Source of the DNA: Octopus bimaculoides
Lineage: Eukaryota
NCBI RefSeq assembly: GCF_001194135.2
Contig: NC_068997.1
Location: 55,012,415-55,076,414, forward strand
Direction of reading: 5' to 3'
DNA: 64,000 nucleotides
Made by a program: the position numbers and the translations under genes. Every line of letters starts with the position of its first letter. Position 1 is the stretch's first letter. This document shows, piece by piece, positions 27,459 to 38,849 of this stretch. The notes under the pieces are model-generated. The model did not search any database. It saw nothing but the letters and a program-made list of their open reading frames with translations, and was not told the origin of the DNA.

Positions 27459-28624
27459 AGAAAAGGCATAAATAATAAGCTTTATACATTCATTTATTTA
27501 TTTATGTGTGCATTGTAGACTTTCAGCTGTTTCTGATATGTATTTTAGATGCATTCCTTGTATAGTTTACTCATAATCAGTCAATTAATGGATTGGAAAT
27601 AATGTGAGACTGTTGAAGATGCTATCTTTGGAGTCCAACACACACAAACATGCACAGACATATATACTATTTGGATATGTCTTTGATGTGAAAACAGATC
27701 ACTCTGTTAAAATCTGTAATTAACATATTCTTAAATGGATACAATGCTACAGATTTTGTGAAGGATTAGGACAAGGTCACCTCAATTACAACACTAATAA
27801 TTATTAATTAATCTATTGTGGCACCCCCTCCCCCAAAAGTTGGCCCTGATATGTTATAATGTTTGGAACAAATAACCACATTGCTATATACAACAAATAT
27901 AGTAATATGACTAAATATCATCCTATAATAGAGCTTATATTTTACTAATAGTTAGGGATAATCAGTGTGGAGATATCAAATATTTAAGACTATTGTCGTC
28001 TTAAAATACATCTCAGGGCATCTGAACCATTTGTGTTTATATAAAGAATTCCTTGTTTTTAGAACAATTTCCACACTTCACATTTAGCTTCTCCTTTATC
28101 ACAGATACATCTAAAATGTTTATAGCAAATATTTTATTTTTAACATTCACTTCAATTTTCAGAATCATTCTCTACCTTCTGTGATACTTGCTGTTTCTCT
28201 TTTGTGGTCCTCTATGTTGGAATCTGTTGTTCAGCATTCAAAGACTTTTCTATCTCTTCTCCATCGTTTGTTTTATGAATTGTATGTCTCATCTTTTTTA
28301 GATTCAGAGTTGTTGGTGTTGAGGAGCCTACCTCAGTGCAAAGCAGCTTTGGCACACTTCTTGACACAAAATTCTATTGCAGCTGAGAATAATATCAAGG
28401 AGAAAAAGAAAATAAAAAGCATAAGATGTCCACGTTGTTTGTCTTTGGCACCAGTGCCAAATCGATCAGTAGATGTGAATGCGTTCCATGTTGCTCGTGG
28501 GTTTTCGCAAAGAAAATGGTTTTGTTTGCACTTTACGGGTAAAAGATTTTCAAACGGTGTTGAATAGGTGTTGCATTTGAATTGTTCTCAGTTTTACACT
28601 TCATCTTTTTAATAACATTATTTT

Positions 28625-28657
<33 letters not shown>

Positions 28658-29328
28658 ATTGGCAGAATCATTAGAGATTTGGTAAAAATGCCTTAAATTA
28701 TTTCTTCTAGCTCTAACCTCCCTATTACTCACTTACACACACGCACACTCTCTCTCTCTCTCCAACAATTGTTTATTTGTTGTTCTTAGTCTCTATTTCA
28801 ACAGAAAAATTCTTTCACTTATTTGCTCCAGAAATTTCTCCATTCATTCTTCAAATCCAAAACAATTCCAACTCCACACCACAACAAAGTCTAAGATCTC
28901 TCACATTTTACTCCATCTTCTTTATTATGGTCATATTAATGCCAGTGCTTCTCTCAAGTTATCAGTTTTTACTGTGAAACTGTCAAAGATCTTACAAGCA
29001 TTATTTTCACTTAATTCAGTTAATCTACTTTCAACGTGCCTACTAATCTGTCTCTCTATCTTTTACTTTTGTTCTGTTAATTCTTCACTTATATTATTCT
29101 TGTGGCACCTTGCAGCATTCATGAAAGAGATGGCTAATTCTTCCATTTACTTTGCCATACACCTGACACTTACCATTTTACTGACATTTCATATCAGCTT
29201 AAATTTCTTGTACAATTATTACCATAGTTTTTACTTTCTTTACTAAATTCTTTACATCTCTGCAAATCCCATTGACCATATCTCTTGTTGTCATTGTTGT
29301 TGTTGTTACTATTATTATTAGTATTTCA

Positions 29329-29596
29329 AAGTAGCAAGCTGGCAGAATCGTTAGCACACCAAACGAAATGCTTAGTGGTATTCCATCTGCCACTCCATTC
29401 TGAGGTTAAATTCCACCGAGGTTAACTTTGCCTTTCATCCTTTCAGGGTCGATTATATAATCATTAGCACACAGCGGTATTTCATTTGCCACTTCGTTCT
29501 GAGTTCAAATTCCGCCAAGGTCGACTTTGCCTTTCATCCTTTTGGAGTCAATGAATTAAGTACCAGTCAAGTACTGGGGTTGATGCCATCAACTGA
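29329..29596 (+). mobile_element. Two tandem SINE family A copies (29329-29456, 29461-29596)
   Basis: The core TTAGCACAC...TTCTGAG(G/T)T(T/C)AAATTCC.CC.AGGT..ACTTTGCCTTTCATCCTTT occurs twice head-to-tail. The first copy is preceded by (ATT)n. Confidence 0.85.
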
Positions 29597-31009
29597 TGAC
29601 ATCTATTATAAGCCTTCTCAATAGATTTCATAGATGGAAATTGAAAGAAGCTTATTGTGTATATACCTGTATGTATGTTTTCTTTTCTTGACAACAAAGA
29701 ATAATTGTAAACACTATACAAGCAGTGTCCATTGTTCCCAGTGAAAACATGCTTGGTCATGGGGAAGTTTTACTTTGATTGGAAGGGCATTTGGTCAATG
29801 AGTATCTGTCTCAACAAATTCCAACTGACTGTGGCAAGCTTGGAAAAGTAGATGTTAAAATAATGATGATGGATTATCAGAAACAATAGTGTATTGGATA
29901 GAATGTATGTAGTTTTTAGACAAACTGTTTAACTCTTTCGTATCTAAAGTGGCTATATCCATCAATAAAGAGAATGGTGTTCAGATGTAAAATACCTGAA
30001 TAGGTAAATGTTGAGAATTTAATTTTAGCTACATTGGATATTTGTAATGGTAAATGAATAAGATGGAATGGTTACTAGCTGGAACAGTTTTGATCATCTC
30101 TCTAGCTGCTCACTAGTGGTAGACTTGGGGCTAAACAAAAGACGGCTGTATCAGCTAAGTAATATTATTCTAGTAACCTAAATTGAATGAATCTGACTGC
30201 AGCAGCTCTTTAACTAATCACTTCTCTGGCTTAAAGTAATTTTCTCTTGGTTGCCTCCTTAATTTAGCCTTTGATCTGAGTTTATTTCAGTTTCCGCAGT
30301 AGAAATAATATTTAGTTTTTTAATGTATAATTGCTATACTACATGTGTGTGTGTGTGTGTGAAGGAAGAGAGAGAGAGAGAGAAAGAGAAAGGAATTGGA
30401 AGATTGAATTTATTGCTAGGCTGACTCTTTTACACGGTGCTTAATATGCTTGCTTGATGCTGTTCACCTTTCTAATGCAACACTTTGCTCAGGGGCTATC
30501 TTGGATAATTTTACTATTAATTACCAATTAACCTCATATATGTCATTAGAACCTTCAAGTTCAGTAGTGATGATAATTTATAAAAGTCAAAAGGTTTTTA
30601 TATACATGTGAAATCAGCACGCATACACACACACATTCACACACACACACACACACGCACGCACGTGCACACACACACATTACAAATAAAATTAAAATAT
30701 GTTGAAATTTATTTTCACTTTTCCAAATGATTTGCTTCCCCTCAAGAGATTTCAAATAAAAATATCCACTTTTTTAGAATCAGATTCGTTACACTACTTA
30801 TTCTATATCACTGACAATTTAAAATTCTTTGACTGAAATCAGAGATAAATATTATATTGTACATGGCTGTCAGGAATATGTACCAGATTTTCTGGGAATG
30901 GGGCTTGTAGAAGAATTATTTTCCTGAGTTATTTAAAACTCAGATGTTAGGGTTCCATACTTTTTTTGCACTTTATTTCAACAGTAAAAAAGAGAAAATG
31001 ATGCAATGG

Positions 31010-31375
31010 ATTTAAAGTGGTGGAACCATTTCTTGAAAATAACTGAGAAATTTCTAGTGAAGATAATTCAGGATAATGAAGATGAATAAGATACAGTTTG
31101 GGTTTGTGCCAGAATGTGAAACCACAGATAACTAGATTTCTAGTAAGACAACTGTATGAGAAATGTTAGATAAGAAGTAACAACTCCACATTCCATTAGT
31201 TGATATGAAGATGGCATTAGATATTCTGGTTGGTTGTGAAGAATCTAATGGCAGTTGATTGGTTTGTGAGACATGTAGAAACTATGTCACAGAAGAACAG
31301 CAAGGATAAAGTTATCATGAGATCTGCGAGGAATTTCATCTTAATGTAGATGTTTACCAGGTTTCTGTCCAATGA
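31010..31375 (+). mobile_element. Decayed RTE-clade LINE reverse-transcriptase fragment
   Basis: The broken translation contains QFGFVPECETTD..FLVRQLYEK..DKK*QLHIPLVDMKMALD, matching the RT motifs QFGF.PG..TTDAIF.LRQL.EK......L...FVD.EKAFD. Multiple stops and frameshifts. Confidence 0.7.
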
Positions 31376-31890
31376 TAGTTTCCATTCCTTTTAGACCAAC
31401 AGTTCTTCACCTGGGTTGTAGTTTCTTGTAATCCCACATATTTGTGGACTTACAAGGCAACAGCTACTGGCAAGTAGAATTTGGGGTGGGGTTCTTTTAC
31501 TCTTTTACTTTTCAGCCGTGCAGCTATGGTCATACTGGAGCACCACCATGGAAATGTAAATTATCAGCACAGTTTGGCAAGAAATGAGGTAAGCATGTCC
31601 CATTAGACATGTAGCATTAACCAGCTGAATATGTGGAGTACAGGCAAGATGAGTGAGTTATTGGCTGTCAAATGGATCGCCATGTAGTATGTAGATGGGG
31701 GGGGATTTGGTTTCTACGGACAAGATTAATGCCAAATGGAGAACTGTTGATGGAGAGTCTGTGGAAGAAGAAAACTGAGGAAAGAATGGCATGATTATAT
31801 CTCTATGTTGGACCTTACTGATATGATGACAGAAGACTTTGATAGAATACATGAAAACTTCGATGACCATTATTTATGCTTATTATCATT

Positions 31891-32320
31891 AAGGCAGTGA
31901 GCTGACAGAATCATTAGCATGCCAGACAAAATGATTTGTGGCTTGTCATCCATTTTTATATTCTGAGTTCAAATTCTTCCAAGTTTGGCTTTACCTTTCA
32001 ACCTTTCGGGGTCAATCAAATAAATACCTGGGGTCAATAATATCAATTTATTCCTTCCCCTAAAATTACCAACTTTGTGCCAAAATTTGAAACCACTATT
32101 ATTATTATTATTACGAAAGCAGCAAGCTTGCAGACCCATTAGTATGCTTAGCGGTATTTCACCCAACGTTAAGTTCTGAGTTCAAATTCCACCAAGGTCA
32201 ACTTTGCCTTTCATCCTTTTGGGATCGATAAATTAAGTACCAGTGAAACGCTGGGGTCTGTGTAATCATCTAGTCCTTTCCCCACAAATTTGAGGCCTTG
32301 TGCCTCCAGTAGAAGGGATT
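31891..32320 (+). mobile_element. Two tandem SINE family A copies (31891-32096, 32116-32320)
   Basis: Heads AAGGCAGTGAGCTGACAGAATCATTAGC and AAAGCAGCAAGCTTGCAGACCCATTAG, both with the GAGTTCAAATTC..CCAAG..CTTT(G/A)CCTTTCA core. Separated and followed by (ATT)n. Confidence 0.85.
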
Positions 32321-32854
32321 GTTATTATTATCATCATTATTATTATTATTATTATTATTATCTACCAATATTTCTGAAACTGTTGTGCTTCAGTTTTTTT
32401 TTTATGATCCTCCTCCTGACATTTTGATGATGATTTATCAAAAACCATTTATGAATTGTGGGAGGAATTGAACAAATAATGAAATGTCAAACAGTCAATC
32501 CAGGAAGTAAATTCACTGAATCAATAAAATGATGATTTCTCCCATTAGCAAAAGGTCTGATTGAATCACTAAAACAACAAATATTGTTTTTGCATCCATT
32601 TTGTCTGTCCCTGCATATTTTGGGATGGTTTATGTGTTGGAAAGAATTGCTTATAAAACTGAATGTCCTTCCAAGTGTTAATTGTTCAACAATGAAATAG
32701 GAGCGGTTCAATGGGGACTTTGGTGCTCTGCTCAGGAGCACAATTCAATGTGGGCTGTAAGATCTGTAAGATCTGAACCTCTGGTGATGGTGTAGTTTAT
32801 AGTTCAGCAACACCTTAACCCCAATAGCCATTGTTCTTCCCTCTGTGAGACATC

Positions 32855-32902
<48 letters not shown>

Positions 32903-33451
32903 TTCATTGAAAGGCGTTGATGAGAAAACCAAAAAACCAGTGCATCTAACACAAATACTTTCTAGAATATTTATTCTACCAAAGTTACACAGACTCTTCT
33001 TTCTCTCTCTCTCTCTCTCTCTCAGAAATGCAGAGAATATCCCACTGGAAACTTAAATCTATTGTTAATAAAAATGTGTTATAAAATAGAGATAAAAAAC
33101 AGAAAAAAGCTGTGTGACATGGTAAGTTTAAGTTAGCAGTTGTAATTGTAAACAAATTGAAATAAAAGACAGTAAAAACCCATCAAGAGAGATTTTAGAA
33201 GGAAATGATTGTAAGAAATAAATGGTTTATGTGCCAAAATTCAGTAGATTTCATAATTTATTCACTGCAGAGTTAATAAAGAAATTATTCTGAGATATAA
33301 GGGTAACTTAACTTTAAATGTTTTTTTCAAAGATGTTGCCTTTACCTAGTTCCATGGTATGGAACTGGGAAGAAATAAATCATCCATTGAATAAGAAACT
33401 AGTTTATCACAGATAACAACCCAGGATGATTTGGTTCCTGTTCCTGGCAAG

Positions 33452-33650
33452 TAGGTGAATTAAGGCAATGTAGAGTAAATGTAGATGAACTTTACAGGTA
33501 GATGAATTGAAACAATGTAATGAAATTTACAGGTGGGTGAATGAAGGTAATGTAATATGAAATGGATACTAGAGATAAGTCGGTGATGTTAAAGTAAAGC
33601 TGAATGGATTTCATGGATTGGTGAATTAAGGCGCTGTAGTATAAAGTTGG
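33452..33650. repeat. Degenerate purine-rich minisatellite
   Basis: GGTGAATTAAGGC(A/G)..GTAG twice, ACAGGT(A/G)G(A/G)TGAAT twice, repeated AATGTAA. Confidence 0.5.
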
Positions 33651-33654
33651 ATTA

Positions 33655-34110
33655 ACACTTTAAAGTGCAATAAACTAAACTGCCGTATCCAGCAAAAATA
33701 TTTCACCTTTTTGTTATGTTCAAATGGGCCAGATCCTGCCTCTCGCACCTACCCTACAATGTCAATCTAAGCAGTTACATTGTTGAAATCTGAAAGCTAT
33801 GATATAATGCATGATTAATTAAAAACAATTTGAATAAATGAGCATTACATTTGACAGTAATCTGATCGCTAAACAATTAATATGGCAAGTGAGGTGGATT
33901 GACCAATCCTTTTGGGACACCTCCCTTTCTTCTCTGACTCAAACTTCTTGCTTTGATCTGATCAAAATTAAAACCTTCCCTCAAAATTCCATGTTATGAT
34001 CCAAATATCAGCTAAATAATGACAAAGCTGTTTATGCTAAATTCTTTGTTATTTTCAAATTTAATTGAAATAAAAGCTATTTAATTCCTCAGAAATACAA
34101 TTAGAAATGG
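33655..34110. mobile_element. Two adjacent decayed MITE fragments (piggyBac-like inferred)
   Basis: 33950-34110 shares a core with 10215-10330. 33655-33880 ends ...CTGATCGCTAAACAATTAA, resembling an eroded ...GCTAAAGGGTTAA terminus. Confidence 0.35.
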
Positions 34111-34716
34111 GTCAGTGTAAAGTTTATTGAACTCAATGGCTGGAAAAAAGTAAAACAATGGAAGGTAATGTTAGCTATTTTTCATGTTTATTTTTAAATA
34201 ACAAAACAAAAAAAACTCGAACCTGTTATGGATTTGAACTTACAGCATAAGCATTTGTAATGCAGTTTCTTACCCTCCAGTTCACTTTGCTATATTGCAT
34301 CTGTTAGTGATGGATGTTATTTGATACCTATTTACAGTTAGCTTAATTGTGGTTCTCTAAGACAAGTCTTTCTCTCACAAAAATAATACAGAGTTACTGT
34401 AAGGATTGAACCTGCAATGGTTAAGTCGGCTGCTAAAATTACTCTTGATTCAATTTAAGTTTATGCAGGTAGGGAGTTAAACTTAATGAAACTGTTGTTG
34501 CGGACTTAAATACTTGAGTAGTAATTAAGAGTAGATCATTTAACGATGTTACTTTTTATTTGCAGTTGTTGATATTTAATTAAACAAACTTTGAAATGAG
34601 ATATTTACTGGAAACACACCTTTATGGCAACAGTTCTACAAAATTAAATATCTGAAATATTTTCAACAAATCTTCAGGAATTAGATTTTATACAGTTTCC
34701 TAAAAAAAAATGGGTG

Positions 34717-34985
34717 AATTTCTATTCTTCAAAATTAGTTATTCTTCAGAAATTACATAAAATTCCATTCTTCTAAAATTGGTTATTCATTATAGATTGG
34801 TTAAAATTCTATTCTTAAAAATCTGTTTAAAATTCTATTCCTTAGAAATTAGTTAAAATTGTTCTTCAGAAATTACATAAAATTCTGTTCTTTAAAAATT
34901 GGTTATTCTTTGTAAATTGGTTAAATTTCTATTCTTCAAAGACAGGTTAATATTTCATTTTTCAAAAATTGATTAAGATTCTTTC
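34717..34985. repeat. Degenerate AT-rich minisatellite (units of about 15-25 bp)
   Basis: Recurrent AAATTCTATTCTT(C/T)A..AAATT(G/A)GTTA and TTCTTCAGAAATTACATAAAATTC (twice). Confidence 0.7.
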
Positions 34986-35224
34986 TGAATGTGATAGAAA
35001 TAACAGGTAAAAGTGGTGCGTAAATGACTGCCTTTTGCTAAGTTACTAAATCTTCTTTAAATTCCATATTTTGCTGGCAAATTAGATTTCAAAATCACGT
35101 AGTTTATATACCTTGTTGAGATCAAAATTTATTACAGAATAATTCTCTTTGCAACATCTTCTCTATCAAAACGGTAGAATGTTACATTTTATATACAAAT
35201 ATATTTGTAAATAGAAAAAGAGAA

Positions 35225-35360
35225 GTGGGGGCACCTGGCCTGTGGGTAGGGGCATTGGCCTTGCAATCACAAGGCCATGAGTTTGATTCCAGGACTGAGT
35301 GGAGCATTGTGTCCTTAAGCAAGGCATTTCATTTCACTTTGTTTCAATCCACTCAACTGA
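35225..35360 (+). mobile_element. tRNA-headed SINE family F, head
   Basis: TGGCCTGTGGGTAGGGGCATTGG..GAGTTTGATTCCAGG..TTGTGTCCTTAAGCAAGGCATTTCATTTCAC..TCCACTCAACTG. Related decayed pieces at about 51245-51345 (-) and 59690-59800 (+); 47110-47260 (-) is probably the family's 3' part (from recollection). Confidence 0.6.
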
Positions 35361-36154
35361 GAAGGCTTACCAACCAGCTGCTGGTGCATCTCTCTCTCTC
35401 TCCCTCCCTCCCTCCCACCGGCTGTCACACCCTCAATTAAGTATGGGACAGCAAAGACGTATCTATGTGTTCTTGCAACCACATAAGCACCTAAGTTAAT
35501 TTACAAGCTCCCAGGTCAATCAAAATAATGGCTAAATACAGAATGAGAAAGAATAAAAGAAATGTGACAAGAGAGAAAGGATTTGTTGTCAGAAATGGAA
35601 TTCTGACTGGATTCTTATTAAACCGGAAATAAAAGAGAATAGACAGCAACTACGACAACAATGAACAGAGTTCAACTTGAACTCAGTTCTTAAAGTTTGA
35701 ATAAGTTGTGTTAATGTGATGTTCTTTCAGCAACTGAACAATAAACGATCAGAAACCTTTTAAATTTATATTTTGAAATGTTTTAAAGTTGCATATTTCT
35801 GTGATAAAGTGGGTTGGGTGATTCTATCAATTTCGATGTTTGTTTGAATTTCTGCAACAGCAGTAATTTTATTATTAAAAGTTAAGTTCTTTCTTAATTC
35901 TTACCACTTAACCATGATGTAGGAGTGGTATTGCAGTAGACATTTGCAATTACTGTGGCATACTGGGAGGTCATGACCTTTTGAGCAGTAACCTCACCTC
36001 CACCACCCTGTCCATTCTGAATTTTTAGAGCTCTACTAAAGTTTCTTCAACTTATTTTTAAATTTCTTTAATGATGGAGCCTCTTTGTAGATGCTTAGTC
36101 TTCTAGAAATAGCAGCCAAATCTCCGTCAAAGTATACTCCTCCATCCTTCAGGT

Positions 36155-36325
36155 GCAGACATGGCTACAGGGTTAAGAAATTCATTTTGCAACTACCTAG
36201 TTTCAGGTTCAGTCCCACTGGACCACACATTAGGTAAGTGTCTTCTACTATAGTCCAGGCTGACCAATGCCTTTTAGGAGAATTTAGTTGACAGACACTG
36301 CATAAAAGACTGTAGCATATGTGTG

Positions 36326-36356
<31 letters not shown>

Positions 36357-36592
36357 TAGAGTGTGTACGTGCACATTCAGAGTTACACAGTTGTGTTTGT
36401 GTTTGTTCCTGCGTCCCTTGTTTGACACATCTCCATAACTTAGCGGTTTCACCAAAGAGATCGATAAAATAAGGACTAGAGATAATAAAAACAAGAACAG
36501 GATGAATTTCAATGACTGAACCACTAAACTCTTCAAAATAGTGCTCCAGAATGGCTGTCATCCAATGACTGAAGGAAGTAAAAGAATAAAGC
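36155..36592 (+). mobile_element. SINE family B, full composite (head, (TG)n, 3' tail)
   Basis: Head GCAGACATGGCTACAGGGTTAAG..GGTTCAGTCCCACT..TAGGTAAGTGTCTTCTACTATAG, internal (TG)n, tail ACTTAGCGGTTTCACCAAAGAGATCGATAAAATAAG..GTGCTCCAGAATGGCTG..ATGACTGAA..AGTAAAAGAATAAA. The tail is also seen at 60735-60930 (+) and 31495-31556 (-). Confidence 0.8.
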
Positions 36593-38492
36593 CTTTGAAA
36601 ACAAAACAAAAAAACAAAGTATGTTGGAAAAGGTGCAATTGTGGATGTTTTGGAAAAGGTAAAATCAGACTAGATAGGCATAGCTGGAATACTCTTGGAT
36701 ATGAGCCAATCAGGACTAGCCCAGGGTTAAACAATAACTGGAGACCAAATAAAAATTTTGCTAAAAACAATTTCACAAAAAGAAACAAGCAAAACAAATG
36801 TAAATTAGAGAAAATTAGTTTCTTATTGTGAAACCTAATTTTATCAAGAAATACATGTTGTTATTGTGAATAATCCAGAAATAGGAAAAGATAGTGAACA
36901 TCAAAATATGTAAATTATAGATCTGAAGATTAAAAATAAGGTGTTAAGAGAAGATTGAAAAAGTAATGAGAAACAGAATGACATAATAAAAATTGAAATA
37001 TAATTTGAGAATATTACACACGTTATATAACATATCGTTAAAGGTAGAAGTCCAGGTAAATTTATAGTTAGGATTCCAGCACAGGAAAGTTTGAAGAAAA
37101 AAGAATTGGAACAATAAAAGAATGCAAATGTAATTATAGAAGACATGAAACATTTGAAATATTATAACTGGATATACCTGATCAGTTGAATAACAACAGA
37201 ATAATACATCCGATGATTGTGTAAGATGAACATGTGTATATTATTTGTAGATATTTATAAATACATATATATATATCTATGGTGAAATATGTTCATCATT
37301 ATACATAAGCAATACTGAAACAAAATTGATGGGTATTATCTTAATCCCCTTTTGTGTATCTCCTTTGCAGTTAGAAGCATTCCACTTCGGTCTCAGTATG
37401 GTTGCTTTGTAAATATTTCCAAGTGAAACAGTCCCAAAATCCCTCAAGGAAGTGTTTTCGTATTTTACTACACGGGATCAGTCTCCAAACCCTATCAAAT
37501 GATAACTTTAAATATCCTACTTCACAACGTAACACGTGTCTTCTACATTCATATATTTAATATTTACATGTACACTTGTGCATATACATATTAAATTCTA
37601 CATACATATAAACATATATATATATATATATGTGTGTGTGTGTATACACACATGCACAAGGGGAAGTGAAATAGCTACATTTTTTTTGTTTGATTTTGTC
37701 AATAAATTTTAATTCTCAAACCTAGAGTAAGAAAACATTTATAATTGGCCTAGTATTGAATATTGATGACAGAATGTCATCTGGCTGTGCCAGTTTGGTG
37801 ACAGATGGACAACTTCTCAATAATTTCCCACTAATAATATCGGATGTTTATTGAAGGTGAAGTACAGTAGAAATAAATTGGAGAAGGGTGGGAGGGGTTA
37901 GCGAGAGAGAGAGAGAAAGGGAAGACTGAGGGGTTAGAGAGAGAGAGAGAGAAAGGGAAGACTGAGGTGTTTGAAGTTGTTACTCATCAAATGAAGAGTT
38001 ATGAGGTTGAAAAACAAACATCAAACCCTTTCTTTGGTTGGATTCTTTAACATCTCTCAGCCCTCACCTATTCCTACAGTTTCACCTATTTTTTCCTCTG
38101 TGTCTTTGAAAATGTTTAATTCATATATTTTGAATTAAACGTCTTTGCAAAAATTCTTTAAGAAAATTCATTAAACTTTATTCACTTTGTTGTTATTGTT
38201 TTAATAGTGTCTGTTGATCATATTTTAAGCATTTTGTTGTTTCCATTATTTGGGATATTATTATTAGTGGGTGTGAATGTAGAGGGTGGGGTGGTGAGAG
38301 TGAGGAATGGGGCAGCAAGAGTAGGAGTGGGGCAGTGGGAGTAGGGATGGGGGGGGCAGTAAAAGTTCCTGCTGAAAATGTTTCTTTATAAAGCAAAAGT
38401 TGTTTGAAGACTCTTTTTCCTATTTTTAATTGTTTACCCCTTTTAATTAAAAATCTTTGGACTGGGTTTTCTCTGGAAAAGGATTCTTGTAA

Positions 38493-38849
38493 CTGCTCAA
38501 CTGGTCCTTACTTTATCAACCGTAAAAAGGTGAAAAGCTAAGTCGACCTAAGTGGAATTTGAACTCAGAACATAAAGATGGATGAAATACCCCTAAGCAT
38601 TTTGCCCAGCATGCTAACAGTTCTGCCAACTCATGACACTAACATTGCCACAAGGGCAGCAATTTTGAGAAGGAGGGATGAGACGATTACATCGACCCCA
38701 GTACATAACTGGTTCTTGTTTTATGGACCCCAAAAGGATGAAAGACAAAGTTGACCTTGGCAGAATTTGAACCCAGAACACGATGATAGGTGAAATGCCA
38801 TTAAGCGTTTTGCCTGGTATACTAAAGATTCTGCCAGCTCACTGCCTTA
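38493..38849 (-). mobile_element. Two tandem SINE family A copies (38493-38632, 38645-38849)
   Basis: GTCGACCTAAGTGGAATTTGAACTCAGAAC and GTTGACCTTGGCAGAATTTGAACCCAGAAC, ending CTGCCAACTC and CTGCCAGCTCACTGCCTTA next to TAA-rich sequence. Confidence 0.85.

Noticed and set aside
35225-35300. tRNA-like heads here and at about 60540-60595, 11074 and 43460 as tRNA genes
   Set aside because: A/B-box remnants continue into SINE bodies; no complete cloverleaf is evident.
37895-37966. Direct duplication of GGGGTTAG(AG)nAAAGGGAAGACTGAG, and an 18-bp duplication at about 10463-10498
   Set aside because: Ordinary local slippage duplications.
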